The position numbers were made by a program, and so were the translations under genes. The notes beneath the pieces were generated by a model, which was not told the DNA's origin, ran no database searches, and worked only from the letters and a program-made list of their open reading frames with translations. From Lama guanicoe (lineage: Eukaryota): a DNA stretch of 64,000 nt. The stretch spans positions 4,442,167-4,506,166 of the forward strand of contig MU054001.1 in the NCBI GenBank assembly GCA_013239625.1, given 5' to 3'. The stretch's first letter is position 1; each line of letters starts with the position of its first letter. Of the stretch, positions 1-13,710 are shown piece after piece.

Positions 1-1650
1 CCCCTTGCATCACTTTAAATATATCGTGCCACTCCTTTCTGACCTGTAGAGTTTCTGCTGAAAAATCAGCTGATAACCTTATGGGAGCTTCCTTGTGTGT
101 TATTCATTGCTTTTCTGTTGCTAATTTTTATATTTTCTCCTTAACTGGTGACAGTTTGATGACTATGTGTTCTTCTTTGGGTTGATTCTGTGTGGTACTC
201 TCTGTACTTCCAGGACTTGGGTGACTGTTTCCTTTCCCAAGTTGGGGAAGTTTTCGGTTATTTTCTCTCCAAAATTTTTCTCAGGTCCTTTCTCGCTCTC
301 TTCTTTTTCTAGGACCCCTATAATGCGAATATTAGAGCACTTCATGATGTCCCAGAGTTCTCTTATTCTTTTTTATTCTTTTTTCTTTTTTCTGTTCTGA
401 AGTAGTGATTTCCACTAATCTGCCTTCTAGCTCACTGATCGTTCTTCTGCCTCATTTAGTCTATTCTTGGTTCCTTCTAGTGTATTGTTCACTGATTTTA
501 TTTTTCAACTCTGTTTGAGTATTTTTTATATTTTCCAACTCTTTGCTAAAAACTTCACTCTGTGCATCTGTACTCTTCTTGAGTTCTCTGAACATCTTGG
601 CCATCATTACTTTAAATTCTTTCTCAGATAAATTGCCTTTCTCCTCATTACCTATTTCTTCTTCTGGGATTTTATCTTGTGCCTTGGCCTGGGAGATATT
701 CCTCTGCCACCTCATATCGTCTGTCTTTCTATGGTTTGTGGATTCCTTCCACAGGCTTTGAGATTGTTGCTTTCTTATTTCTGGTATCTGCCCCTGGTGG
801 ATGAGGCTGGACTAGAGGCTTATGCAGGTTTCCTGGCAGGAGGAGCTGGTGCCTGCCCACTGCTGGGTGATGCTTGGTCCTGGACCTCTGGTGGGTGGGA
901 CTGTGTCTAGAGACCTTTGTGACTTAGGAAGTCTGCTGATGGGTGAGGCTGTGTTCCCACCCAGTATGTTGTTTGGCCTGAGGCTTCCCTACAGGCAGTC
1001 GGGTGGGGCTAGGTCTTGGTGCTAAAGATCTAATCAAGATGTCAGCCTTCAGGAAAGCTCATGTCGATCAACACTCCCAGAATGCCCGCCACCAGCTTTT
1101 ACGTCCCCTGAGTGGCCGCAGCCATTCCCCATGTCCTCAGGAGACCCTCCAAATCCAGCAAGGAGGTCTGGGCCAGGTTCCTATAAAATCACTGCCTCTG
1201 CCCTTGGACCTGGTGCACATGAGTTTCTGTGTATGCTTCTCAAGCGAATGGAGTCTCGGTTTCCTCCAGTCTTGTGAGGCTCCCAGAGCCAAGCCCCCCA
1301 GCCTTCAAAACCAGATGTCCTGGGGTATCCTTCTCTTCCCAATGCTGGGCCCCGAGCTGGGGAGCCTGACGTGGGGCTCAGAGCTCTCACTCCTGTGGGA
1401 GGGCCTCTGTGACTTAACAAATCTTCAGCTTGTGGGTCGCCCACCTGGGAGGTATGGGGCCCAATTATATTGTGAGCATGCCCCTCCTACCGTCCGGCTG
1501 TGGTTCCCTCTTTATGTTTCCAGTTGCAGAAGATCTTTTTTGCTAGGTTCCAGTCTTTTTTCGATGGTTGTTTAGCATTCAGTTGTGGTTTCGTTGTAGT
1601 CGCAAGGAGAGGCAAGCTCATGGTCCTACTACTCCACCATCTTGTTTGGA
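1..1650 (-). mobile_element. LINE-1 5' portion (5'UTR plus disrupted ORF1), runs off the window edge
   Basis: Minus-strand ORFs 461..715 and 163..345 (SNIRIIGVLEKEESEKGPEK...ENFPNLGKE) are L1 ORF1p-like. The reverse complement near 1627-1645 reads caagatggtggagtag, the typical L1 5' start/YY1 site. Confidence 0.9.
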
Positions 1651-1753
1651 ATTCAGTTACTTCCTTAAAGGACCTCTCTCCAAACACAGCCATCATGGGG
1701 GTTAGGGCTTCAATGTATGAATTTGGGAGGAATATGAACATTCCGTCCATAAC
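1651..1753 (-). mobile_element. MaLR (MLT1-type) LTR fragment
   Basis: aaggacctctctccaaacacagcca...ggggttagggcttcaatgtatgaatttggg...cattccgtccataaca resembles an MLT1/MST terminus. Confidence 0.6.
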
Positions 1754-1755
1754 AC

Positions 1756-2072
1756 ACTGTGCAATATTATTGAGCCTTAAAAAAGATGGACATTCCGATA
1801 CATGCTACGACATGGATGAACCTTGAGGCCACTATGCTATGTGAAAGGAGCCAGTCACAAAATGACAAACATTGTATGATTCCACTTCTGTGAAGCACCT
1901 GGAGTGGTCAAAATCAGAGACAGAAAGTAGAAAGAGTTCTGGCAATGGATGGCAGTGACGGTCACATGGCAACACGAATGTACTTAATACCACTGAACTG
2001 TGTAATTAAAAATCATTAAGGTGGCAAATTTTGTGTTATGTGTATTTTACCACAATTTAAAAATTAAAAAAA
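1756..2072 (+). mobile_element. Old L1 (L1MB-like) 3' end
   Basis: catggatgaaccttgagg...gccagtcacaaaa...tgtatgattccact, ending in an A-rich tail. Confidence 0.75.
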
Positions 2073-2489
2073 AACAACCCTCACTGAAAGCAGGTAGATT
2101 CATTTTGTGTGCCAAAGGAATAAAAGGTTAAAGCTATAAAAAGGAAAAAGACCTTACAGATGGATTTCGAGTAGTTCAGGAAACATGCAGTCCACATAGT
2201 CCAGGGCTTCATGATCTGTATCGATTGGTTTGTATGTTAGTTAGAAGTTGGGCTGCAAAAAATTGGGTAGAAAATTTATCGTGGGAAGACCCCGGGGGGT
2301 GACCTAAGAGAGCCCGAATTGTGTAGGAATTCAGAGGGTTTTCTCAAGCTGCAGATGTTTGACAGAAGGGTTCTAGAGAGTATTTCCTGTGAAAATAGAT
2401 TGGATTCATATCTTGACACACAAGCAAGAAAGGTAAAAGATAATCTGAAGATAATCAGGGATAGACTCTTAAACACCTTTTTGGGTTTT

Positions 2490-2915
2490 CTTTTTAAAAA
2501 AAAAAGATTTTTAAATTGCCATAAAATATACATAAAATTTACTATTTTGACCATTTTTAGGTGTACGGTTCTGGTGCATTTAAGGATATTCTCATGGTTG
2601 TCACAGCCATCCATCTCTAGAATCCTTTTCATCTTGCAAAACTGAAACTCTGTACTCATTGAAACATAACTCCCTATTCCCCCAGCTCCTGGCAACCACC
2701 ATCCTATTTTCTATCTCTATGATTTTGACTACTCTAGGTACTTCATACAAGTGGAATCATACAATGTTTGTCTTTTTGTCACTGACTCATGTCGCTTAGC
2801 ATAATAAACTCAAGGTTCATCCATCTCATAGCATATATCAGAATTTCTTTCCTTTTTAAGAGTGAATACTATTCCACTGTATGTATATACTCCATTTTGT
2901 TGATCCATTCATTAC
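2490..2915 (-). mobile_element. Old L1 (L1MB-like) 3' end
   Basis: cctggcaaccaccatcctattttctatctctatgattttgactactctagg...gtggaatcatacaa motif of antisense L1 3'UTR. Confidence 0.75.
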
Positions 2916-4579
2916 CCTTTAACACTAAGACTACCATCGGAGGACTCCCAGATTCCCCTAAAGACAAACAATATGGGAAGAAAGATAGCTACTGTGTGAC
3001 CATCAGATCAAGTGGACACCATGCAGAACAGACGGCTTCTATACAAAATTCTGAGTCAGCACCTCACTTGACCTTCCTTACTTAGTTCTTTAGATCTTTC
3101 TTGGCTTATTCTAGTCATTCTGCTCTTTATTCTCTGTCCATATACTGTAATGTAAAGAGAGAAAGAATTGCTTTTATGTCCATTTTTTTTCTAGGTTTAT
3201 GAGTTCTGTTGGTTATTTCTGGATATGATATTAATACCTGGTTACAAATAGCTCATTTAATAGCCCCCCCCAAAAAAAACCCTGACTGCAATGTATGTTT
3301 TTATTTTGCTTTGTAGGCTGGTTACTCCCCATTTTTCTTCATTCCATAGCCAGAACAAGTAAAACACTCTTTCAGAGACAAGAACCTGGGGGGAAAGACC
3401 TAATAACTTCTTTGAAAGTGAATATAACCATAGGCCTGAGGAACGCCAGCCTAAAACTCATCTTCTATGTGATTTGCAGAAAAGGAAAAAAATATTTAAG
3501 GAGACTAGATCCAAACTTGAGACTCAAGATTGGCATCAGAAGTGCAGGAAAATCTACATTTAGGTTTCCGTGACAGATGGAAAGTTTAACTGCAATGCCT
3601 AGCCAGTCAATGCAGCCTTCCTGATCCCTCTTCTTTCTTTAGCTCAGAAGAAAGAACTTATTTTCCAAGTAACTCAAGTGTAGGGGATTTAGACATTGCT
3701 TACATCAAGAGGTGGAGTCTGTGTTCTGTTCTTTTGAGTTTGCTACTATTGCTTTGGACTGTAGAATACAGCAAAAATGATGCTGTGCTCAGTAAGATAA
3801 GGCTGTAAAACATTAAATAACTTACCTGTTTAGTTTAGGGATTTTGTTCAAGCCTGTTTATCTGGACAGTTTGCTGGATGGGCTGTCCCATCAGAATCTC
3901 CATCTGAATCGGTCATCTTGGAAATCAGCTTGTCTATCAAATAGCAGTTTTACCTATGAAACTTGCTTTAAGTCCTTTGCTTTACTGTGTTCACCCATCC
4001 TAAAATATTAAGTCATGACACTTGCCCAGTCCCAATTGATTCCTGTCTTGCAAGCCCTGCTTTGAACTACCTGAGTCTAGACATCAACTCTAAAAGTTTC
4101 CTTTCCTCACCTCCCCCTACTCAGATTGTCAAGGTGGGGTTCTCCATTACTGCACCAAGTCTAAGAAAGTTAGCTTGCCTTGGTAGCAGGTTTTCTGGTT
4201 ATCTTTTGAGATGCAGATATTCTTCAAGGTAAGTATTGTTTTGCGGAACTTGAGTTTCAGTTTCATATATATGTATGTATCTCTGTGTACTGGAAAGTAA
4301 TGTAAAATATATTGTGGGTGGCGATAAAAAAGAAGTTTGAAAGCCATTGGTTTATTGTCCTCTTCCTCTACTAGAATATTTGCTAACGGGTACAGAAATT
4401 TTGTCTTCTTTGCCTTATCCCCAACGTTTTGAACAGTTTTTGGCACAACACAAACACTTGTTGAATGAAAGAATGATTGAAAAAAATGAAAGACAAAAAA
4501 AAGAGAGAGAGGAAGGGGTGGGAAAGGGGTGACTGGGAAAACGAAAGGAAAACTGAACACGAGAGGGAAAAGAACAGTG

Positions 4580-5255
4580 AGCAAAGCGGTGCGCCGGCCA
4601 GCACCTCCCCACCGGCAGGGGGCGTGGTTGGTCGCCAGTGCTGCCGGCCGGGACAGGCTCGGTGGGCGGGGCCTGCTGGGGGCGGGGCCAGAGGCGCGCA
4701 GGGCAAGGTGGGAGTGGAGAAGCTGGGGGGAAGGGGAACGCGGAGGGGGCTTGAGGGAACCCTAGAAACACTGCGGCCAGGTAAAAACTCCCACCCAGGG
4801 CAGACGGGCCTGGGCGGGCCTTACTGCAGCGAGCCCCTGCGCCCCTAGTGGCATAAAGGCTGGGAGCTCTCGGAGGCCCAGGTCGGGCCAGCGCCTCAGA
4901 ATTCCGGCTCCTTGGAGGGCTGTTTACCCAGCTGGGAAGTGTACAGGTGAGTTGGACGTGTTGCCGCGGAACGAATTCGGGAAGCTCCACCAGCCGCTCA
5001 GGGCCCCTCTTACAGCCTCCTGGCGGGTCCCCTTGGCCTTCCCACCTAGGCGAGACCTCATCAAGTGAAAGTCGGTGCTGTCTGGATCAGCGTTTCCTCC
5101 GCGCGCTGCTCCTTTACTCCTTGGGAGAACTGCTCTTGCTCGTCCGCTGTGGTTGTCTCCAGTCAATCCTTCCTCCGGTATTTATTGAGGTTTACAATAT
5201 GGGGATTATACCAGGCTTCTGGAGTCAGGCCAACATATGCGTCTGGGTGGATCGC
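4580..5255 (+). promoter_or_regulatory. CpG island promoter of the NCOA5-like gene
   Basis: Only extended CpG/GC-rich block upstream of the coding exons. GC boxes GGGCGGGGCC at 4664-4673 and 4680-4689, GGGCGTGG at ~4620, TATA-like cataaa at ~4852. Confidence 0.85.
4880..4946 (+). other. NCOA5L: Probable non-coding exon 1 (5' boundary uncertain)
   Basis: Consensus donor CAG|GTGAGT at 4946/4947 inside the CpG island; start guessed from the TATA-like element. Confidence 0.6.
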
Positions 5256-5400
5256 TTAAGAGTTGTGTGACCCTGAGCAAGTTCCTTTACCTCTCTGTGC
5301 CTCCGTTTTTCTCTTCGCTATAATGGGACTGTAACAGAATTTACCTTGTAGGATCTTTTGGTATTTAAAGACGTTAATATGGATAGCGGTTTAGAGCACA
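5200..5400 (+). mobile_element. MIR SINE
   Basis: tgtgtgaccctgagcaagttcctttacctctctgtgcctccgttttctc MIR core. Confidence 0.7.
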
Positions 5401-6329
5401 GATGTCCTCCTGTTGCACCACTACCCTCCTGCCTGTTTCCTTGCCCGTTACCACACAGTTGTGATTGTGCTTCTGTGATTAATTACTGTTTTGACTGCTT
5501 AATGTTTGTTAATAATTTTTTCCCAGGAAGGCAGGACAGTTCTGTTACCTTTGCCCACCCTTTATCCCTTATACTCAGTGTCTGGGTGGAGAAGTCCGAA
5601 GCCAGCGTTCCCTAGGCTGCGGGTAGAGGGGTCATCAGGACAGTTCTGCCCTTGGTCTGAAAGAGGCATTTGAACAAGTATAGCAGGGTTGGGTCTTGTT
5701 TAGGAGCTCAGTGCCTGGGAAAAAGCAATTAAGGTCAGTATTACCTTTGAAAGCGTTGGATCTTGAAAGCCTCAAAATGAGATTTACTCTTTTTTGGTCA
5801 TCTTTGTAGTTCAGCTTTGTCCCAGTCCCAGGGCAATAGAGACCAAGATTGTTTTGCAAGGTAAATGCCTTCTGCCGTGGCTCTCCCTTAATGGAGGAAT
5901 GAGAGCAGGCCAGAGGCCACCGGCAATTCTGTGTTGGCTTTCTAGTGCCACCTTCAGTTAGTGTCGAGAATGCACTGGAATCCACGGTACTTGCTTTCTG
6001 GTGGGTGACAACTATCTTGTAGGGTGAGATTTCATTTTGCTGATTCCCGAGACAGGCTGGTCAAGTAACCCTGTCCCAAAGCTAATGGTGGAAAAACGAA
6101 TTTCCCTCTTGCACATTTGTTAAGTTGACAGCTGGAATATTTTCCCTTAGACTTATAAAGAGTTACAGAGGATATTCTCCCCTGTGTTTATTATATGCAT
6201 GTTTTAACTACATTTTGAGCAAAATCTAGGAGCTGCAAATTAGGCTCATTTAGTTAATGGAAATTGTCTGGCAGAACACCTAATTACCCAAATTGGGCCT
6301 CAGTTTCCAAACCGGAAGTCTGATTTCAT

Positions 6330-8135
6330 TGTTAAAATACAGCTTATTGAGGTATAATTTACACACCATACAATTCACTCATTTTAAGTTTAATGATTTT
6401 TAGTGAACTTCCATAAACCGTTACTTCAGTCAATTTTAGAACATTTCTGTGACATCAGAAAGATGCCCTGTACTCATTTTCAGTCACTCCTCATTCCACC
6501 CCAGGCAACCAATGATCTGGTTTCTGTTTCTATGAATTCACATTTTCTAGATATGTCATATAAAAGGAATCATCATATAATGTATAGTCTTTTGTGACTG
6601 GCTTTCACTTAGCATAAAGTTTTTGAGGTCCATTCTTGTGGTAGCACATATCAGTACTTCTTTTTACTGCTGAATACTATTTCATTGTATGAATATACCA
6701 CATATTTTTTCTCTTTATCCATTTGCCTGCTGATAGACATTTGAATTATTTCCATTTTTTGGCTGTTGTGAATAACATTCCTATGAACTTTCACATATGA
6801 GTCTTTATGTGGACATATGCTTCATTTCTCTTAGGTAGACGGGTTGAATTGCTGGGTCATATGGTAAATTTATGTTTAACTTTTGAAGAACCTGCCAAAC
6901 TGCTTTCCAAAGTGACTGCACCATCTTACATTCCCACCAGCATTTTATGAGAGTTCCAGTTTCTTCACGTCTCCACCAACACTTCCCCTTTCAATTGTAT
7001 CCATCCTAGTAGGTGTGAAGTGATATCTCACTGTGATTTTTAAAAAATTGTGGTAAATCACACGACATAAAATTTGCCATATTAACCATTTTTAGTAGTG
7101 TAAAGTATATTCACTTCATTGTGCAACCATTCTCCAGGGCCTTTTCATCTTATAATACTGAAATTCCTTACCCATTAAACAGCTCCCCATTTCCCTCTTC
7201 CTCCAGCTCCTGGCAACCACCATTTTACTTTTTCTTTCTATGATTTTGACTACTGTAGGTACCTCATGTAAGTGGGTTCATGCAGTATTTGTCCTTTTGT
7301 GACTAGCTTATTTCAGTTAGTGTAATATCCTCAAGATTCATGCATGTTGTCACACGTGTCAGAATTTCCTTCCTTTTTAAGGCTGAAAAATATTCCACTA
7401 TATATATATTAACTACTTTCTGTTGATCCATTCATCCATCAGTGGACACAGGGATTGCTTCTACCTCTTGGCTATTGTGACTAATGGTGCTATGAACGTG
7501 AGTGTACAAATCTCTCTTCCGGACCCTGCTTTCAGTTCTTTTGGATACTTACCCAGAAGTGGAATTGGTAGGTCATATGGTAATTCTGTTTTTAATTTTT
7601 TGAGGAACTGCCATATTGTTGTGCAGTACACCATTTTACCTGCCCACCAACAGTGTGCAAGGGTTCCAGTCTCTCTGTGCTCTTACCAACATTTGTCATT
7701 TTCTGTGTTTTTGATAGCAGACATCCTTATAGGTGTGATGATATCTTTGTGGTTGTGATTTGCGTTTTCCCCATAACTGATAATGTAGAGCACCTTTTCA
7801 TGTGTGTTGACTTTTTTGAAGAAATATCTGCTTAAATCCTTTGCCCATTTAAAAAAAATGGGCTATTTGTCATTTTGTTATTGAATCCTAAGAGTTCTCT
7901 ATCTGTACTAAATACAAGTTCTTTATCAGATACACGATTTACAAACATTTTATTAATGGTGTCTTTTGAAGATAATTTTAAAATGTTGCTTCAGTGGTGC
8001 CATATGTAAGTAATCTTCCTCTACAAAGGCTGTGAATATTTACTCCTGTGTTTTCTTCCAGGAGTTTTATACTTTTGGCTCTTTCACTTATGTCTGTGAT
8101 CCATTTTTTGTTAATTTTGTGTGTGGTGTGGCAAC
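6330..8135 (-). mobile_element. Old L1 (L1MB-like) 3' regions, two nested or adjacent pieces
   Basis: Antisense L1 3'UTR/ORF2-end motifs (gctgggtcatatggtaa, cattcccaccagca). A second 3' end starts near 7040. Confidence 0.8.
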
Positions 8136-8739
8136 CTTATTTTTAATCAAACAGACTTGGTAGCTTCCATCCCTATGATGAACGTCTTGTCCAGTCTTCT
8201 AAGATGGATGACACTTGGAGCCGTCCTGGGAATTGGATGAAATAAGGCTCTGTTTCCTTCAGTATCTCTTGTTGAAATTCTTTGCTTAGTTCTGCCTTCC
8301 CTTCTTTCTTTAATCTTTTCCTTAAGTTTTTACACTGGCATGATGCATTGGAGTAAGATTCTAGGTGATGAGAAGTGGGGTTTTTTGGTTTTTGTTTTTG
8401 TATAGTAGGATAAGGCAGCTGTACAGGAGGAGAGGGAAAAGGAGATCACAGGCCTTTTTCTCAGCCTGTTAACATCAGGTCCATTTGGGAAGAAGTGCAT
8501 ATGGAAATGGAGGGTTTGAAATTGATTATCTTCAACGTATCCATGTTCATGAACTCCACAGAACATCTTCCTGTCCCGAAGTTCATGTACCCAATTTGAA
8601 GATTGCTGCTTAAGATTCAACTCAGGTGCCATCTTTTCCAGGAAGCATTCTGATTTCCCTCACTCGCACTTGTGTTCCTTTTTGTCTCCTGAAAAGAATC
8701 TTTGCACATGACCCTTCATTTTACTCGTTGAACTGTATT

Positions 8740-9180
8740 TGTTCATCTAGTCAACCAACAAATGCTTTATTGAGTGGCTACTGTGTGCCAGGTGCTGCAT
8801 TTGGCACTGAAATAATATGGTGAACAAAGAAATAGGCATGTCTTTCTCTTCATGGAGCATTAAGTCCAGTGGGAGAGACAATGTTAATTAAATAGCCACA
8901 CAAGTAAATGTAAAATTACAAGTATGGTAAGTACAAGGGAGAGGTACGTGAAACTTGTTATAGTGTGATCTCAGGGAAGGAAGTGCCCTGACTTGTCAAG
9001 GAGGCCAAGAAGGCTTCCCTGAGGAAAAGAAAATGAGTTGAAGGAAGGGCAAGGAGGTATGAATGGAGGGTGGTGAGTGGGTGGGCATTCCTGGTGGAGG
9101 TCACAGCCTGTGCCAAGGCCCTGTGGGCTGGCTCCAAATTTCCCAGGAACTACTAGGTAGATGGAGTGAGAAGACAATTT
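8740..9180. mobile_element. L2 fragment
   Basis: caacaaatgctttattgagtggctactgtgtgccaggtgctg L2 3'-end motif. Confidence 0.65.
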
Positions 9181-9294
9181 AAAAAGTGGGTACTGTGCTC
9201 AGGCAACAAGGACCTTAAAAAGACTTTCCCCCTGTATTCTGCATTATAGCTATTTTAACTTAAGAGCAAAATTTAAGTTAAGAAAACATACATG

Positions 9295-10405
9295 TAAGTC
9301 TTCATTATCTTGGGTTAGACAGTGGTTTCTTAGCTATGACACCTAAAACACAATTAGCCGAAGAAAAAGTAGATAAACTGGACTTCATCAAAATTGAATA
9401 CTTTTGTTTTCCAAAGGAAACTCTCAAGAAAGTGCAAAGGCAACCGCAGAATGGGAAAGAATATTTGAAGTTATATATCTGAAATGGTTCTAGTATCCAG
9501 AATATATAAAGAACTCTTACCATTCAACAACAAGAAGACTGATAACCCAGTTGAAAAATGGGCAAAGGATCTGAGTAGACATTTTTTTAAAGAAGATATA
9601 CAAATGGCCAATAAGCACATGAAAAGATGCTCAGTATCATTAGTCAGTAGGGAAATGCAAATCAAGACAATGTTGAGATAGCACTTAGCACCTATTAGGA
9701 TGGTGGTAGTAATAATAATGATAAAACAGACAATAACAAGTTTTGGCAAGGATGTGGAAAAATTGAAACCCTCATACATTACTGGTGGAAATGGAAAATA
9801 ATGACACAGATGTGGCCAACTGTCTGGCAATTTCTCAAAAAGTTAAACATACAGTTACCATATGACCTAGCAATGCAATTCTACCCCTAAGCATATTCCC
9901 AAGAGAACTGAAAACATATTTTCACACAAAAATGTATACACAGATGTTCATAGTAGCATTGTTCATAATAATCAAAAGGTGAAAGCAACCCAAATGACTA
10001 TCAACTAGTGAATGGATGAAAAAAATGATGTATCCACACAATGGAATATTATTTAGCCATAAAAAGAAGTAAAATACTGATAGATCCCACAACATGCATA
10101 TTCAGTCACTGAAAACATGCAAAGTGAAAGAAGCCAGACACAAAAGAGGATATTCCATTTATATGAAATGTTGGAATACACAAATCCATAGAGACCAGAA
10201 GTACATTAGTGGTTGCCAGGGGCTGAGAAGAGGGGAGAACAGAGTGACTACTACTGATTTTTTTTTTGAAGGTGAGGAAAATGTTCTGGAATTAGGTAAG
10301 TAGTGATGGTTGCACAACTTTATGAATGCACTAAAAAAAAATACCATAAAATTTACATTTTAAAGGGTGAATTTTATGGTGTGTGAATTATATCGATTAA
10401 AAAAA
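9295..10405 (+). mobile_element. Old L1 (L1MB-like) ORF2 end and 3'UTR
   Basis: ORF 9484..9681 [38 protein letters not shown] is the L1 ORF2 C-terminus. Confidence 0.9.
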
Positions 10406-11022
10406 TGAAAAAGTTCCTTAATTTGGTGTTTTTTTTAACTCATTTTGACACTTTATTGTTTCTGCCTGTTAGTCTTAGACATCTCTTAGGAGGTAGGCAA
10501 TGTACAAATCAATTCATCAAGGGAAAACAAAAAAAATCCCTGCTGGCCCCCAATCTGGCCTTAGACAGAGTGTTTTGTGGTGGTTTGACTTTGCCATGGC
10601 TCCTTACCAAGCTGCACGTAGTTCTGAAGGAAGACAGAAGACACCAAAGTGGAACTGAAACAATGAAATAAAATTCATGTTTGTTTGTTTTAATTACATA
10701 TTTCCACTGTGATTTTTTTTCCTGCTTGTCTCTTGTCCTGTTATCCAGTCTGTGGGACTTTCTGCCACTGCTCCCTGCATCTTCCCTCGATGTTTTATTG
10801 ATTTGAACTTTTTCTTTAGCAGAGAAATAGAGTTGGGAGGTTATCTGAGTGCTGTGATTAGCTGATCTTCATTGTTGTGTTTGCTTGAAAATTGGTATAA
10901 TGGGGTGTGAGGTGGGCGTTGGAAGCAAGCATTGCCACTTAAAAGTTTCACTGTGCTATTATTGTAAAAATGATTTTCTAATTTAATACTGAAAAAAGAA
11001 AACTATTTTTCTAGGATTTAAG

Positions 11023-11081
11023 ATGTCGTCATTAGTCAGACTTCATAGAGGACAATATGGAAGACCTTCTGTAGCTAAAAG
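11023..11081 (+). CDS. NCOA5L: NCOA5-like protein, coding exon 1 (exon 2 starts 11015; MSSLVRLHRGQYGRPSVAK)
   Basis: Acceptor ttttctag|G at 11014/11015, ATG at 11023 with A at -3, donor AAG|GTATAG at 11081/11082. Phase 2 matches the next exon. Confidence 0.7.
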
Positions 11082-11689
11082 GTATAGTGAAATATTCTTT
11101 AAGTTTGTGTCTTGATTTTTAGGTGATCCCAGGATAAAAGAGCAAAATTAGATGAAGACATAAATGCAGATATAATGATTTAATTTGCTGATTTCACTTC
11201 AATTTTAGTTTATATAATTAAAAAAACTATATCCTTTAAAATCTTTTATGATGGCAAAAGTAATGAAACTTTCATTTCAGAATAATTACAGACTCACAGA
11301 GTGTTATGGTAAATATTTGTTTTTAAATATTCAAATACTGAAACACGTAGTATAAAAAGTGCAAATTCTCTATAACCCTACCCCTGAGCATTTTCCATTA
11401 TTAAGTTTGGTATGTGTTCTTTAGGTTTTTTGTTATATTGCTGAAGAAATCTGTAAACAAAGTAAACTCTTGATGTTGGAAACTTTGCATGTTGGAAGGT
11501 AGTCTGCAAACTTAATTGCTTATACATTTCACCTCTGCAAATGCCAAAATAGATCCGGTCTTTGCACCATCTTTTCTCCCCCTCCTTCCCTGTTTTTATA
11601 CATTACCTACAGGCTCTGTGGCCCTTACACAGAGCCTGGTTAGTCCCAGAGAGCTGGAGTTGGGCCCTCTACCCCACTGTGGCCTTGCT

Positions 11690-11858
11690 TTTCCTACCTT
11701 AGGATACCTAAGAGTCACTGGATGAGCTTAATTATGCCGTTTCCCAGGCCCCATCTGTGCTGTTTTGTAAGGTCTGGGGCCCAGGGAGCTGCTTGTTTAA
11801 GTATGCAGTCCAGGTGACTCCTGCTGTTGGTGTTGGACCCACTTTAAGAATCCTGCAC
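11690..11858. mobile_element. MER5-like hAT-Charlie DNA transposon remnant
   Basis: ggtctggggcccagggagctgcttgtttaag...ccaggtgactcc...ccactttaagaa pattern. Confidence 0.5.
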
Positions 11859-12264
11859 CAGCAAGTTGCTGGTACCATTTATGCAGGAAACTGCTAAGCT
11901 CAGCTACCCCCAGCATGTGACCCATGGCTGGTTGCTGTTGGCTGGAGTTAGGGTGCCTGTAAATAAAGACAGTGCGGGTACTGCTATAGATCTGAGTGTG
12001 CACACCAGACTCTTAGGTTAGCACCTATCACAACCCTAGTGAGTAGCCTACTATCCTGCCTGCCTGGTGCGGAGCAGGAACTCCTCAGATGTCAGCTAGT
12101 TGGTGTTGGATGAAGGAGCGAATATTTATTTGCTTTTCCCTCTCGTAGCCCATTTGCGGTGATAAATAAGCAGCTGTTGTAGACTATAGCCTTATGCCAA
12201 AGCAAAGTAGAAAAAAATGTAAAAAGCGGACAGAAACATTCAAAGTCATATCCATTTTGGACCA

Positions 12265-12820
12265 TGCATTAGCTTTCCATTCCTGCCATATCAAATTATC
12301 ACACATTTTGCAGTTTTAAAGAGTTTATTACATTACAGTGTTGTAGGTCAGAAGTGCATCATGGTCTCACCTGGCTAAAATCAAGGTGTCAGCAGGCTGT
12401 ATTCCTTTCTGGAGAGGCTGTAGCAGAAAATGTTGTTTCTTTGCTCATTCAGAATGTTGGTAGAATTAAGTTCCTTGCAGTTGTAGGACTGAGGTCTCCA
12501 TTTCTTTCTGGCTGTCAGCTGAGGGCCATTCCTTGGCTTGAGATGCCCTTCCTCCATCTCAAAGCCAGCAATAGCATATCCCTTTCATGTTTCAAATCTC
12601 TTCTCCTTTTTCAACTCATCTCTCTTGCAGCCTGGAAAGGTTCTCTACTTTTAAGGACTCATGTGGTTACATTTTGGAGCAGGTAATTCAGTATAGTGCC
12701 CCCATCTCAAGGTCCATGTCCTTAATCGCATGTCCAAAGTCCCTTTTGCCATGTAAGTTAATGTAGTCACAGGCTTTGGAGATTCTGATGTGGATGTCTT
12801 TGCGGGTCATTCTGCTTACT
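12265..12820 (-). mobile_element. MaLR (MLT1E/F-like) LTR
   Basis: ggctaaaatcaaggtgtcagcaggctg...aagtcccttttgccatgtaag MLT1 motifs. Confidence 0.8.
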
Positions 12821-13710
12821 TCAGGCCATTTAGAATGCATGGCCTCAGTAACCCTTGAGAGCATTGCTCCATCATAGGCCAGCACAGTTCCTCTCTTTCA
12901 TTGATTCTAAGATGCCATTCATTAAAAAAATATTTCTTCTTATGGAAAATTTCAAGCATAAACTGAAGTAGAAAAATAGTGTAATATACCTGTGTGTACC
13001 CATTATTTATTCTAATAAGTACTGACTCTTGGCCAATCTTGTGTCATCTGTCCCCTTCCCACTCCAGTTTGAAATTATTTTGAAGCAAATCTCAGAGAAC
13101 ATTTTTATCTGTGAACATTTTCATGTGTATTTCTGGAAGATAGTGTTTGCTAGTACAATGCCTCCAAATCAATGGTTTGTTACCACCAAATATCTAGACA
13201 CTGTTTATATTTTCTTGATTATCTAATACAATTATTCAGTTTATTTTAATTGAGGTCTAAATAAAGTCTACATATTACATTTGGTTGATGTCTCTCATCT
13301 CTCTTTTTTCTTATTGTATAAAAATATACATAACAAAAATTACCATTTTATCTGTACATTTCAAGAGTACAGTTTAGTGGCATTAAGTACGTTCACATTG
13401 TTATGCAACCACCATCATCTTTCATCTCTAGAACTACTTCATGATTCCAGACTGAATCTCTGTACTTATTAAAAAGTAACTCCCCATTCCTGTATCCTGT
13501 ATCAGAATGTCCTTTTTTAAAAAAATTACCATCTTAACCATTTTTAAGTATGCAGTTTATTTGTATTGTTGTGAGACGGATCTCCAGACCTTTTTCATCT
13601 TGCAGAACTGAAACCCTATACCTGTTAAACAATAACTCCTCTTTCTCCTTCCCCCTAGCCCTTAATAATCATCATTTTGCTTTATGCTTCTATGAATTTA
13701 ACTACTTCAG

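Noticed and set aside
1003..1575. 190-aa + strand ORF
   Set aside because: Lies antisense within the L1 5'UTR; no recognisable protein.
4147..5270. Cluster of long overlapping ORFs
   Set aside because: Expected from stop-codon scarcity in a GC-rich CpG island and purine-rich low-complexity sequence.
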